From Monocercomonoides exilis PA203 (lineage: Eukaryota; Protista; Preaxostyla), in assembly GCA_001643675.2 (NCBI GenBank), contig LSRY02000040.1, positions 914,992-978,991 on the forward strand: a stretch of 64,000 nucleotides of DNA, in the 5' to 3' direction. The notes beneath the pieces were generated by a model, which was given only the letters and a program-made list of their open reading frames with translations, did not search any database and had not been told where the DNA came from. The translations under genes were made by a program, and so were the position numbers. Of the stretch, positions 40,444 through 54,727 are shown in pieces; within the stretch, counting starts at the first letter, position 1; every line of letters starts with the position of its first letter.

Positions 40444-43400
40444 TTACAGATCGTCATTATTATCATTATTGTCATTATTATCATTGTTATCATTTTTTGT
40501 GCCATTCATATCCGTCCCGTAGACGGCATCTGCAAATGTGATATCTTCATCCGTGAAGTGCATATCAAACAGCGAAACCAGCTTCCTCTTCCCTACTGCC
40601 CTCACTGCAGCATTCTTTGAGCGTATCTGGTCGCCAATCAGCGTCAGCCGCTGCCTCAACAGCAAATGCTCTCTCTTGTGCTTCTCTATCCCCTCGTAAT
40701 TTCTCGCTGTCATTTCTCTCTCCTCCTCGTTGAACACAGCAAATGCAGTCGACGAAAGCTGGTAGAAAGCAGATACAATTGCTTCATATTGCTCGTTCTG
40801 ATTGATTGATGTCAGCAGTTGCTGCGCGTTGTCGAGAATTGCCTCTCTTCCTTTGTCGAATGAGTCGTGCCCTGTCACCATCGATGACATCATCACAATC
40901 TCCTTCTCGCCTTCTTTGATCGGCAGCAGAGCTAACAGCTTCCCAGACACATTTTCGATGAACGCAATCTGCCCTACCCACACCAGCCCGTTGGCAAACA
41001 TTGAAACAAGAAACAAGACGCAAAATACCACAATAACAGCAACCAGAATAGTTACGGATTCCTGCACCTCTTCCTTTCCTGAGGTCAAAATCATGTTCGT
41101 CATCTTGTTTATACCTGCAACAATATCATTTCTGAGTCCATTCAGAATGAATCTTGCTTCCGGGGTAAGAAACGTGATGTTCTCAACTTCCATCTTTGAA
41201 ATTCTCTGCAAATTTATTCTCATCCTTGACAGCAGAGCTGCGAGACCAGAAATGGTCCCGGTCAATCCATATATCCGCATTGGATCCACCTGAGAGCAGT
41301 CATCAGATTCCGCAAGGAAGCATTCTGTATCGTCCAGCAACGTCACTTGATTAAAGTCACTCTTCATCCGCGACACAGTCACTGAATCGTATGTGACATC
41401 GTCTGCGTGCGAATACTCTGAATCTCCGAAGTGGCACCCCAAATGCACCGCCTCGAAGTATTTGGACATCGGAACCAGCATGTTGCGTGCAATGAGTGGA
41501 TCACCAGAGCAATGGGACGAGTTGTGCATGACCGGATTGTTTGCTCTAGGAAACGTGATTGATTGGTCTGTCTTCAGCAGCGGAAGAGGCTGAAGAATTG
41601 ACGTAAGCAGAAACTGGATCTGGAACAGAATTGAAGCACGCATTCCAGAAAGAATGATGTTAGCACAGGTTGGCTTGTAATTGCTAACATATACACACAC
41701 CAAAGCAATTGTCACTCCAACCGCAATAACACCAAGAATCGAAGACAGAACTGTTGCAATCCTGATTCTTGCGTTGATCGGACTTGGAAGCTGCTTGTAT
41801 GCTGCTTCGTGCTTCTCTATCTCCTTTTCCATTTGCTCTTCCCAAGTTGCATCCTCAACTGCATTCCTGATCAGTCCCATCAGCTTGTTTTTTTCAGATT
41901 CGTCGCTGTCATCGTCATCATACAGGTATTTTGTGTCAACAATGCCAATTTGCCGGATTGGCTGTGTCTGCTCAGGAGTCACATTAATATCCGATGCGTT
42001 TTGTTCTGCTTTTGTTGGTGCTTCATTCACAGCAGGCATCGGGGGAGGCACATCAATCTGTGGAAGCGATGGGTTTTGGCCAAACATCATTGGATTTTTC
42101 TGTTGATATAAATTTGTTGGTGACAACGGGGGCATTATCTGCGTCGAGTTGAAAATAGACCCCGTTTCGTATTCAGACATCGTGTGCTGGATGGAGAACG
42201 AGGCTGTGGACATCAGCCCAAAGTGGGGCTGGTTATTATTTCCATTGTTGTTAAGGTTTCCGCCTCCGTTATTTGAAAAGAGCTGTGGCATGAGAAGAGG
42301 AGTTTGTGACATGTTGTTCATGTCATCGTCCTGGTTGATGGCAAGCGGTTTGCTCATTTGCACCCCACCAAATGTATTTCCACCAAACATCGGAGACAAT
42401 TGCCCCTTAGACATATTTCCAGCTTGAGCGATGTTTAACCCAAATAGCCCAGCATCTTCTTCTGCATTCTTTGCCATTCCTGTCACTTCGGGCTCAATTT
42501 TCGGCTTTCCAAAAGAAGGATCAATATTCGACAGCAATGGGTGCGTTGATTTTATTGTTCCATTTCCTTGTTCATTCATTTGTGCTCCCTTTGCGTTCTC
42601 CTCGCTGACTGTTGGCATTTGCAATTGCAATCCAGCAGTGGAAGGAATCGGCGTAAGATGATCTGCAAACAGTGAATGAGAAGATGAAAGCGAAAACGGA
42701 GAATCCCCAATTGAATCCATCGAAGGACCCGCACCTGAAAGCATGGAAGTTGCAGATTTTTCATTAGAAAGCTCTATTTCGGGTGAGTTTTGTTTCAGAG
42801 AAGCTTTCCTTTTCTGCTGTGATTCCATCAATGTTTGTGAAACAAACATTGGATGCGCATTGATTTCACCCAGTCCTTTGCCACTCAGATGAGATGCCTG
42901 CAGAGAATTGCACACAATTTTCGATTGACTGTCTCCTTGCCCACTTTCACCTCCTCCTTCTTGCAAAGCAGATGCACCAGGATCTTCCAAGAACTCTCCA
43001 TTGTGGTTGTTATCACCGTTGTGCATGTCGTTGTTGTCCAAGTAGTTGTCGTATGTCTTCGTCTCCATGCTCTCCCCCATCTCAATGTTGATCGTAAAGT
43101 CGTCCTCTTCGTCTTCACCTCTCAGAAGTCTGCGAATGACACTCTGCATCTTGTTCTTCGGCATGTCCAGCATGGTCTGATACGCCCTCATCCGGTTCTT
43201 CACTGCGGATCTGTTGAATTTTAGAAAGAGAATAAGCTGGATGATTGTAAGAGGAATAAGAAAAACAGCGATTATAACAGAAAAGACAATGATGATCTGG
43301 TTGCATTGTGTGTACATAAGGTTGAAGTAATAAATGATGACTCTTTTCGCTCCTTCCAAGATCGGCACAGGGCAATTGAATACCAAATATTGTATATTTG

Positions 43401-46223
43401 ACATGTATTCGGGGTCATCAGGACGGGAAGATATGTTCGAAAGATACAAATGGTGAGTGATCTGCGAAACAGTCGCAAGCACCTCCAACATCGACGATGA
43501 GCGGAGCGTCTGCCTTTTGATGTCTATCACCTCCGTTGTCTCTCCGTCCTGTTCCTCTTCCTTTGTGGTCATCGTGAAGAAATACGTGCTGACGTCTGCT
43601 GTCTCCCACACCTCCAAGTTTGTGGTTGACTGGTGGATTCTGCCGAGCATAGAGGCCAGGCTTTCTGATGTATCATCCATCATCTTCAGCAGATCTTTCT
43701 TCTGAATCATTCCTGATGGCCACTTATCTGAAGAAGTCGGGGTTGTGAAGTTGTACCTTTTGTCGTACACAAAGAAGTTGTACCCGATTGTGGCTGAACG
43801 CGCTGAATGATATGACAAGTCGCACACATTCCGCAGCGTTTGCAGGTTGCTCTGATACGAATTCGTCATAATGATATACACAACCAGGGCTGCCACAAGC
43901 ACACCAACGTTGATGAAATTCAATGCGATAACTGTGCATTTCAGTGCTGCAATGTTGCTTTCATGATTCCCGTGCTCGCCGTGCCCTCCCATCACCAGAT
44001 CGACAATCGCTGCTTCTTTCTTCTTTTTCTTTCTCCTCCTCCGATTTGTTGTGCGATGCCTTCTCATCCCACTCGAAGACTGCTGCCATTGCGCCTCGCT
44101 TCTCGCAAGAGATTCGCGATCTCCTTCCAAATTCTGCGCTTCCAATGAAGAACCCTCTGCTCCTTTGTCTCCATTGGTGCCATCCTTAACGCTCCCTGTA
44201 TTCACCTCAAAGCTTCCCCGCCTCACAACGCGAGGCATATTCGCCTCATGCTCTGCACCCGTCCTGTCTCCCCCTGCGCTTCTCCTCCCGCTCATCTCGT
44301 ATGCCTCTCCCATCCCAAACGACCCATCGTGGAAGCCTCCAGCGTGTGTATGTGCCATCGACTCGCTGGATCCGTAGTCCTCTTCAATCTGCTCTGCCCG
44401 GTTCAGAATCATCTCTGCCTCATCTTCGTCGTCGTATATGTCCAGCAGCAGCCGAGCATAGCTCCGCAGCACACCTGTGTTCTGTCCATGCGAAGCAATC
44501 AGCTCTTCGTAGCTTTTTCTAGCAACACTCTCGTCCTTCACAATCGAATTCAACAGAACAGGAATCGCCTTGTAGTCTGGCTGGATAGCTGTCGCGTTCT
44601 CAAAGAAGTCCTTCATCGCACTCACAGCCTGCTCGTGGTGCTTCTCTGCCTTTGCCAGCAGCGTCGTGAAGGCAAACGAGTTCATGTTGCCTGCCCCGTT
44701 CCCGCCGTTTTGCCCATTTGCGCGCCCTCCGTTCTCTTTTGCCTTGCAGAACAGCACAAAGTTCAGAAACATGCCCGGAGAAAGCGACCGGGCTTTTTGG
44801 ATGAGCGTGTTTGACTTCATGTAGTTTTTGCGGTAGGCAGACAGAAACGTCGCATACTGGAAGCACAGCATGCTGTTGTTCGTGTTCGTCTTCAGTGCTT
44901 GAGTGTACACGTAATCCGCAAATGTCAAATACATCATCGAATCATATTCTTTCTGTTGTATAAAGCGAAGGGATGGCTCCACTCTTTCTGGATTCCTCAA
45001 AGGAGGCAGAGCCAAAGAAGGATTTTTCATGCAAATATCGGACAGCTGGTTGCCAAAGGCTGTTAAAAGATACTTTTTCTCTCTCATCTTTCGGCCAATC
45101 TTGGGCAACAGCACTGCACAAGCAACAATTCCCGCTATTAGTCCAACAACTTGAAGCACAATAGTAATAATCCAGTTGTCTGTTGCTCCTTCAATTGCAT
45201 ACAGAATTTCGTCTATAAGTCTCAAACATCCAAATATGCACCATTTACTGCCCATAAGCAGATTTCCATTCAGTTTGTATATCGGCTGAATATACACAAA
45301 ATACACCATCATCACCAGAGAAGATCCAACAGTTACCACTCCGCGCCAGAATGGCCATTCAATCAGTGTTCTCATCGCAAACACACATCCAAACACAAGT
45401 GACGAGTCCACCGCTTGCCACAGCCCACTTGGCGATGACCATAGCCCACCATGCTTCGGATTATGGTTGAAAATCATGTTGTTTATAAATATTGAAGATA
45501 TTAGAAGAACAATAAGAACCAGCATTGACACAATAAATCCCAAAAACGATAACAATGAACCCGAGCAACTGCCTTCAAATCCCCGATGGACCATTTGTCC
45601 TTCGGATTTATAGCAATCAAATATAGTTATGCATATCGAAGTCAATGGGATAAACAAGATGGTGTATGTAAAGTTCACAAGCCAGCGCAAAAGTGAAATG
45701 ACCCACGGCTGCGAGCCAGAAATAACGCCTTGAAAAATCGCTGTAACCGCTATGTATATAATGAGCAATGCCAAATATCCTGCGCATCCTATTATTACAA
45801 ACGAAACGTAATTTCCTGCTAAATATCCAAGAGACGTTCCATCTGGAAAGCCAACGCACTAACAGTCGCATGAATAAAAAATTTAACCCCAAAAAATATG
45901 CATTCATCAAGTTCAGGATTGCGGAATGATAAATAAATCACAATGGAAAAAATACAAAGATGAAAATCGCAAACCAAAGAAACTGTATTCACTTTTTGCG
46001 TGGAAACGTCAACTCGAAAGAAACTGAGTGTAATCATCTGAAGCACTGTGAATGCCCATACGAAAATTTCCCATGTTTTGCTCGGATGTTTCGGTTGATG
46101 GTAAATAGGTGAAAAAAATGAAAATCCAACTGTTTCCAGTTTACTGAAACCTTCTGCTTGAGCATATTCATTCGTCATCCCACTTGATGTCGAACACATC
46201 GACATGCTCTCTTCGCTGGCCAT
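40444..46223 (-). CDS. TmcB/TmcC-like multi-pass membrane protein with a TPR-like region and a C-terminal hemerythrin-like domain (~1,887 aa; exons 46223-45975, 45858-40444)
   Basis: Intron 45859-45974 (GTTTG..TTAG) joins the ORFs in frame. There is an N-terminal block of about 9-10 hydrophobic helices and a TPR-like YEELIASH.QNTGVLRSYARLLLDIYDDEDEAEMILNRAEQIEE typical of TmcB/C. Two further TM-loop-TM modules follow. The C-terminus has TGHDSFD...FNEEEREM...Y....HKREH...HFTDED, which is hemerythrin spacing. Confidence 0.8.
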
Positions 46224-48907
46224 TTTTTTTGACCTCTCTTAAAATAATAAACAAAAATTTAACGAATGGTTTTTATGATGATCAGTATCCATATTTTTTG
46301 TTTTTCTTTTTTTATTATTTGAAAAATTTTCCGTTTCATCATATTATGCATCTTTTATTATTCAAAACAGAAATATGTTATAAGAAAAAGAAAGACTTTT
46401 TATTTAAAAGAAAAAAAGAAAAATATCATTAACTCTTTTTGTTTCAATTGCAGATTGTGCAAAAAATTTTGAACAAGATCGATCTCTCAACAACCACAAG
46501 AAGAATTATTCTGAAAATATCATTCGAAATCCTATTTCTGTTAGATTTCAATTTATTTTTAAACAATATTCAGTCGAAACAAAAATGAAAGTCTAGGATG
46601 CCAATTGAGTTGGTGATGAAAATATGTTTTTTGAAGAAAAATATCAGAAATTTCCCTCTTGTTTTTATTGAGAAAGCAATCTTGTATTCAATTTTGTGAC
46701 ATGTCAAGTGTTTATTGTTCCATCTGTTATGAAACATGAAAAAAAACTTTTCCATAAAAAAAGGAACAAGGAATGATTTTTGCATTAATTAATAAAACAA
46801 ATTCAAACGACAGTTATGTTAGTTAAAAATTCATCTTAAAAAATAGATTTTTTTTTTTTTTTCAATCAAAAAATTCCGCAACTATGTTTGTTATATCAAT
46901 ATTTGATCTTTTTAATTGAAAGACTGACACTTTTTGTAATCACACTTTCGTATTATTCTTGATATAAAATATCTTCTCAGTTCGATTTTTGTCAAAATAT
47001 GTTTCTGCAATCATAATATCAAAAACAATAAGAGTTCCCAAAAATAAATTATTTTTGAAATAATCCAAAAAAGAAAAATATTTTGATCAAAACTAGAACG
47101 AAAGTATGATTTCAAAAAGGATCAGCCATATTAGCATTTCAATGAAATTTATCACAAAATGGCAAAATTCTTGGTAAAGTTTTTTTGTTTAATTTTCAAA
47201 TAGAATAAAAATGTCATGTTTCGATCTAATTTCTGTTCCCAATCATGAAAATTCACAAAAATGGAAATAGTAACATTGTTGAGATATTGTTTTCATAATG
47301 GCAAAGTTTGGTGAGTTGGTACAGAATTTTTATCGAAATTTAAAATTTTTTCTTTATTTGATAATTTAACAAAAGGAACATTACAAAAAAATTTTGACAA
47401 ATATTATCCAAAACAAAAAGAGAATAAAAAATGGAATTTAATGGATAGCAATTCATTTTAAACAACAACGTGGGAAGTATTTAAATAAACCGTTCAAATA
47501 ATTAATGAATGCGTTTTATTCACTTGGTGTTTTTTGAGTTTTGCAAAAAATTTTTTTGAAGTTTTCCCATTGACAAAAAATTTTCAAAAATGATTGCTTT
47601 TCATTCAGTCAAAACGAGCAAACTGCAGAAAATGAAAAATAACTAAAATAGTTCTTTCCATAGAAAAAATATGCGCTATGCACAAAAGAGGCTGATGATA
47701 ACTTAACGTAGTCACTGAGAACATTTTTTAAATCTATTTATTTATTTATGTTGTGTATTAAATGATAAATAAAAAAACAAATATATTCGATAATAAAGAA
47801 TATTTCAAATATTTTTCAACTTATTTTTTATTAAAAACATCTTAAATACTTTTTAATTTTAATAAATAAAAATATAAAAATTTTATTATCCCGAAGTCTT
47901 CAAAGTTGAATCTTGTTTTAAAATCTAAATTTATTAATATATCTTTCATTTTATTATATGTGTTGTTAAATAAAACTTAAATGCGAAACATCCTTTTTTT
48001 TATAATTTCAAAAATTGATTGCTCCCGCAATATTTAACTTTATTATTGGTTTTTTTTCAAAAAAAATGTAATGTTAAAAACCAAAATTTCGATTCCAAAC
48101 GTGATTTATTTTTTCTATTTAATCACGTTTTATTAATGTTTCAAAATTTTGTGAACATCTCAACGACTACGAAAAGTTATCAGATACCACAAAAGACAAA
48201 TTGAATCGTTTTGTTAAGATATAAAAATTCATCAAAAGTCAGTTTTTCTGAAATGAAAAAGATTTATTTCAAAAAACATTCAACACCGCAATTAAAAATT
48301 TGTGTATGAATAGATGTCATATATGCTAATATACAAGTGTGCAAATTGCTGGAAATTGATATTGAATATTTATTGAGATATTTTAATTTTAAATTTTTGT
48401 CCTGATAAAAACAAGTCCGGATAAAAAACCACCCTAAGCATTTTTTCACAAAAATTTCAAATACCTTATTTTGTGGTCATTCTGTGAAATGATGAAAAAG
48501 AAATAGATACCATTTTGGAGTAACAAATACAAATACAAAAGCATCAATTTTTGAGTTAAAATTTAAATATGATTCTCTTTTTCTCAAACATTAACAACAT
48601 GAGCTGATAATTCATCACGCAATTTAACAAAAATTATCATTGAAAAAGGATGCAAACAACCATTTGCTGATAAAGGGTATAATCAAAAAAGAAAAAACAA
48701 GCACAATGATAATCATTATGTGAAGAATCTCATTTCTTCAAACATTTACCGAACAGTAAGAAGCAGATAACACAGAAAAAAAAATTATTGTTTTTTTAAC
48801 AAAAAACGGTCAAAGTCTTGTTGGATCATAAATCAATCAAATCAAAAATAAATAATCAAATAAAAGAAAATAATTAAATATTTGTGAACAAAGTGAGTTT
48901 CTTTTTC

Positions 48908-50360
48908 TCAAACATTTACAAAATAATCTGAAATAATCAATAACAAAGCATCATTATATTTTCCATTGAGAAAAAAAACATTTTATGAAAACTCTCAATG
49001 CAATCTTCACAACCTTCTTCCTCCATCTTTTCAAATATCTTTCTTTTCGTTGTCTTTCTTTCAATTTCTTCCAATTTATTATCCGTCTTTTCTTTCAATC
49101 TTTCTGAAATTTTTCTTAACAAAGACAAACTTTGCACTATTGAAAAATTAACCAAAGTTGATTGCTTCATTTCCTCCAAAAAGATTCCAATAGCTCCGCT
49201 TTTCAAAAAGTTATCAGTTTTCACATCTTTATTTTCTGCTGCTTCTCTTAACGAATTAAGGCATTGTAATTGAATTCCAAAGTAATTATCTCTTGATGCT
49301 CTATACACTTGACAAATGCTTCTGATAAGCTCAGAGTATTCTTCATTCCATGATTTGCAATTGTGAAAATAAATCTCCAACATTTTGAGCCATCTCTTTA
49401 AAACAAGCTCATCTTCAGTTTTTTTTTCTCTTTCTTCTTCTTTTCTCTTCCAATCCACACTCTTTGACAGATCTTCCAGCTCTCTTGCTGCCTCTTTCGA
49501 AAAATGAAGTTCATTTGTAATCACTTCTTCCGAGCTTTCATCGTTGTTAAATCTATATATCATAAACCTCCAAGCTGATTGATATGCAAGTCGTGTCAGA
49601 TTCTGATGTTCCTGATGATATTTGATGATTTCTGTGATTTCATTCAAATACAGTTCTTGTTCAATTTCCTATGCAAAAAAGGAAGAAAATGCAATTTAAC
49701 AATATCAAAATGGTAAAAAGGTTCTCAAACCAAATTTCCAATATTGCCCAAAGCCAGCAACGCCATTTCAACTTCCTTCTGAGCTTCATCGGTCTCGTCT
49801 TTCTTCAATGCAACTTTCAGAAGACAAGGCACAATGATTGAATCCATTTCAGATGAAGGCCATCTGTTCAACAACAAATAGCATTCACAGAGGTCAATCA
49901 GACGCTTTTCGTTCTTTTCTTCTTTCTTCTTCTCATTTTCATCAATTATCATCTCTTTCATTCTTTTGCTCAATGATGAATAATCAAAAGAATAAAATGG
50001 AATCTTTTTCAGCACTTTGCAAAATCCAGCATGCTTCAACAGCAAGATTGCGTTTCCCCACGATAATGTCTTTTCTCCAATCATTTGGTGAATTTTATCG
50101 AACAGTTCTTCCGTGAAAACTGATTTGAATTCTTTTTTTTCCATTTCATCAATTAATCCATTCATCTCTTCAATTTTCTGCATTTGTTCAACTTCTCTGC
50201 AACGTTCCACTTCACAAAACAATTCTGCAATAGAATTTAAAAAAACAAAAATTATGTTCAGAATTGTTCAATCCAAATTAAAGAACAAACTTGAAAACTG
50301 TTCTGTTCTGGCCGTAGTCAGAATTTCATCTTCAAAATTATAATCATCAAACAAACTCAT
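48908..50360 (-). CDS. Helical-repeat-like multigene family, copy E (exons 50360-50291, 50224-49731, 49668-48908), with a 1-nt frameshift near the 3' end
   Basis: Introns 50225-50290 and 49669-49730. The ORF ends at 48937, but the family C-terminus (..LNGKYNDALLLIISDYFVNV-stop at 48908) continues in another frame after the A run at ~48971. Confidence 0.8.
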
Positions 50361-51065
50361 TCTGTTTGTAATAAAAAATATCCAAAAAGAGGGGCAACGT
50401 GCAATAAGAAATAAAATAAAACACAAATACACACATCGTTGATTATCTTGCGGTTCAAAAATGTTCGCAACACAAACGGTTTTGTTATTGCTAAATAAAA
50501 AGAAGTGAAAAATAAAGCGTAAAGAATCCGCAAGGATTGGTTGTCTAAGCACAAAAAATGAAATCTTTTTCTTATATCTGATCGAGCCCACAATAATTTA
50601 TTCCAAGGATCTGGATTAAATTTCGATGAATAGTCGAACAAATTGAAAAATATCCCACATGTATGGAATTGAATATTAAAAAAAATCTGTTTCAACATTC
50701 AGAGTTGAACAAAGAAGGGAAAATTTGGTGCTTTTTTGAAGTTTACAAAAAAGTGATAAAAAAAGCAACAATTTGCACATTAAACTGTGCATTTAAACAT
50801 TATTGCAAATTAAAATCCAAACGTTTGAAGTTATTTTTTTTTGATGATTTCCTTTGGAGTTATTTGGAAGCTTTGAATCATCGAAATGATTTTTTCTGTT
50901 ATTTCAAGGTGTTTGCTGGTTTCAGTGGATGTTTCAAATTTAATATGTTGAGAAAAGTTTTGAGATATCAGGATGATTTTGTTATTTGTTCGTTTCTTGA
51001 GTGGGTCATACAGGCTGAATGAAAATTAATGGAAGTGAATCAAGCTTTCAACAATTTACATTTTT

Positions 51066-52140
51066 TTGATGATTGGGCTCACGATAATTGAACGCATGAG
51101 AGACCTAATCAAGGCAACAATGGACAACATTGTTAATCGAGCATTGAAAGTGATTTTATTCCGAAAGGCTTTGAGGCTGAGCGAAGATGAAAGAATTCGA
51201 GATGGCGAAGAAAGATTAATGCAATATGCAGAACCAAGCAGATGCAGAATTTTGAGAACATTCAATCATATCAATCATTTAATGGTGTTGCCGCTTGACG
51301 TGTATTTATCTGAAAAGACGCTTGTTGAATTTTGTTGAAAGTCATCATTTTTGGTTGCTTTGATGGTTATAATTGATTCTCCAATATCAGCTTGGATTTC
51401 GATGCAAACACAGAAACAATACGATCGATGCCGAAGCGGATCTTCCAAGGCAGAACAAACAACAATTGAAGTGTTTGATCAAATTATGTGTGCAATTCGT
51501 TAGATGTTACATTTATGCATTTTTTATTTAAATAAGAAAGAAAGAAAGAAATTATATAAAAATTCAAAAATTGCTCATTCTTTTCAGTCAATAATAATTT
51601 CATGTTTTATATTTCCAATAAACTTTTTCTTTTTTCTTTCTGTTTTGGTGCAACATTAATGTTCTTTTGAAATTAGTTAATAATAATAAATGGCTGGGAA
51701 GAAATGATAAAAGACAAGCTGCTTCAATCAGGAAGACGACAAGATGAACTCATTCGCAAAGGAGTATTGTTTTATAATTGTGAATTCTTGATTGAACTTT
51801 TCCTGTTTTTCTTTTTTTTCCTTCTTTTCAATCATTTTGATATTTTTTGTTAACTTCTTTGAAATTTCACTCAAAAACTGATTCTTGCAACAGGTCCTCT
51901 TCAACACCATCTGTGACATCCTCCAGTCGCTTGTTGAGACACTCACCCTCATCTGCTTGTTGGCCTGTGTTTCTGGCAGCATCTGCCTCTGAAGGCGTCT
52001 ACGCTGTTTCCTTCCATCCGAATCATTGAATCACTCAGAACATCGCTAGATGGTATTCCGTTGATGTTGAATAGCATCCGGCTGGACAAGGCAGACATTG
52101 AGAGAATGGAGATGCTGCTGCAGTCAGTTGAGTCCTGACA
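51066..52140 (+). pseudogene. ABCC (MRP-type) ABC transporter transmembrane-domain pseudogene fragment
   Basis: Pieces follow ABCC TMD1 order: LKVILFRKALRLS..ER; HL.VLP; SPISAWIS...Q; TTIEVFDQI; NGWEEMIKDKL...R; SLRTSLDGIPLMLNSI....DIERMEMLL. They are broken by stops and frameshifts, and no Walker A motif follows. Confidence 0.65.
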
Positions 52141-54727
52141 GATGCGAAGAGGGAGGAGGAGGAGGAGGGGGAGAAGAAGAAGAAGAAGAAGAAGAAGAAG
52201 AGAAAGAAAGAGATAAAGAAGATAAAAGAGAAGAGAAAGAAGAAGAAATTTGGAAGCATTCAAAAAAAGGCGTATCATAACATTCAACTTCGGAGAAAAG
52301 AGTTAGACAAATGAATGAACCTCAGCATCATCATCGGCATCGGAGTAATAATTCTGCTTTATCTTCTTCTTCTTCTTCTTCCTCTTCCTCTTCCTCTTCC
52401 TCTTCTTCGACAACTTCATTGATTGCCTTATATAGCCATCGCAAAGGACAAATGAAAAAGAGGCTGACGCAGAACAAAAATGAACATTTTGCGAAGATGT
52501 TAAAGAGGACAAATGCATAATCACTCCAGAATAGAGAAGCTGGAAAAGGAAAAAATGGCTTCACTTCGTTTCAGATCGAAAGCGACAAAGAATGCGATTC
52601 ATTGAATGGAATGCACTGAACCTCTTTCTACTCGTTAACAAACTTCCTCTTCATATTCTTCATTTTAACTTCCTCTTCTTTCTCCTTTTGTTCCAAATCC
52701 TTTTCTGTTTTATCCTTCTCTGCATTCGCCTGTTCTTGTTTGAATTCACTTGATACTTTATTTGATGGCAATAGATGAGAAAAGGAAGCTATTAGCTCTA
52801 AAGTGGATGCAATAACTTTGAAATTGGTGGAATAGAATCTTAACATACAGCTGAACAAGAGGAAATGGATGAAGATGAAAAAAAAAAGAGGAAAAAAAAG
52901 AAGAATAGGAAAATGATAGAAAACCCTAATCAGATAAAAAAACAATGAATAAGTTGAGAGCATGTTTGCAGATTGAAGCTGTTGAATTTGATAAGCGTTG
53001 CCATATAAATCCGTTTTATTCAGATCGGTGATGATCCTAACAAAATGAGGCGAATACTTCAGAGACGAATAGGTGGAATATTCAGAGCTTAAAGAGAAAG
53101 AATTTATTAATGAAGCATCAGAGTCAAATACAGTCACAGCGATAAGCTTATGGTACTCAGTTTATGAAGCGCTTCTATTCTGTTGAAGCTCAAACGAGTT
53201 TAGAAATTCATTTCTTCTTCTTCTTTTTTTTTTTTTTTTTTTGAGTTCATTGAACCATCGCCTTCTTCTTCCCATCCAGATGTTCAACTTACCATTCTTT
53301 CAATCTTCGCTGGAGCTAATTTTCCGAATGACATTTTGATATCTTCTTCTTCAATAATCTTATAAAAGATTTATCAATAGTTTTGTTCCAACTTTCAGAA
53401 CAGTTTTTTTTCCAGTGAAAATTCCGAAACTCAGTCGAAAACAGACTTGTCATGCGGAAGTGAAATGAAGCGTGCGAAATCGATCGAAGAAGCACACGCA
53501 AAGCAGCAAATGTGAAGAAGAAGGGGAATGAAGGAGAAGATAAAGAGAAAAGAAAGGCAAAAAAGTGAAAGAAGAAGTTTTCATTTGAAAATTGAATCAA
53601 AGTTGGCAGTTTAATGAGAATTTAACAACCATTTTTCAATCAAGCAGTTTTGTGGCTTCAAAACCTGTTTCATCACAAACTAAATCATTAGATGCTTCAA
53701 TTTTTAAAAAAATTCAATTGCATCTTCTGAAATTCTTTAACATTTCATTCATCAACAGGTTCCACCATTGCTTTTCTCTTTTCCAATTGTCTCACAGAGA
53801 TAATATCGTTTTCAAGAGAATATTTCTCATATTTTCTCAAATTCATCGCATTGCATCAATAATCCGTATGAAAAGCATCATTTGTTGCTTTTCTTCCTTC
53901 TCATTCACATCTATCATCACTTTCAATGGAAGAGCTTGAATCACAATCAGAATGTAGGCTCATTTGACTTCTGAGTTAATCAGTTTGGCTTTATCTCTGC
54001 TCCGTGAACGAATTTGTGCTGTTTGAGGAATATTTAGCTGTTGAAGGATGATGAAAAATACAAATGAAATCCTTTGGACAGAAAACACTAATCAGTCAAG
54101 AGAATGTTATTTCTTTGTATTCGTCGTTTCTTGATTTCTTTATTTCTCTTGCTCATTGGGAATTGGGTGAGGATATCATATTTTTGATGAGCATTTTGCA
54201 AAGCAAGTTGGACTGAAATACAGAAAGAAAAAGCAAGAATGAGGAAATGTCTGCGATGAGAAGCTTCAATAAACACACAAACGACCAAAAGAAGAACGCT
54301 ATCTTTCCATTCAAATTCATCATACAAATCCTCAATTTTTTGAGGAGTTTTTATTTCTCTTTTTCAGTTCGATGAAATCTGAAGGAACGTGGAAAAACAA
54401 AGAAAGAAGTGAGAGGAACACAAAACTGCTGAAAAGAACAGAGGAGAAGATTTCAAAAATGATGAATGAACAAGTGAATACTGATTTTTAACGTATTTTT
54501 TCTTAAAGTTGACAATTCGTTCAACAAAGATTCTTGATGAAAAGAAAAGAAAAGAATGGAATTTTTGATTTTTCTTTTTTTATTCTCCAAAAAGAAAGCA
54601 AAAACTTGATTTAAATGATCCATTTATTTATTTATTAATTTTTTCATTTTGTGAAATGAATAAAAAAGAATAAAAAATTTCGGAGTTACAAAATCAAATA
54701 AAAAAAAAAAAAATGAGTTTCATTTTT

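Noticed and set aside
45819-46223. Separate 134-aa gene
   Set aside because: It is exon 1 of the Tmc-like gene running on into its intron.
48937-48980. Programmed frameshift in copy E
   Set aside because: A single-base difference in a homopolymer run is most likely a sequencing error or a simple indel.
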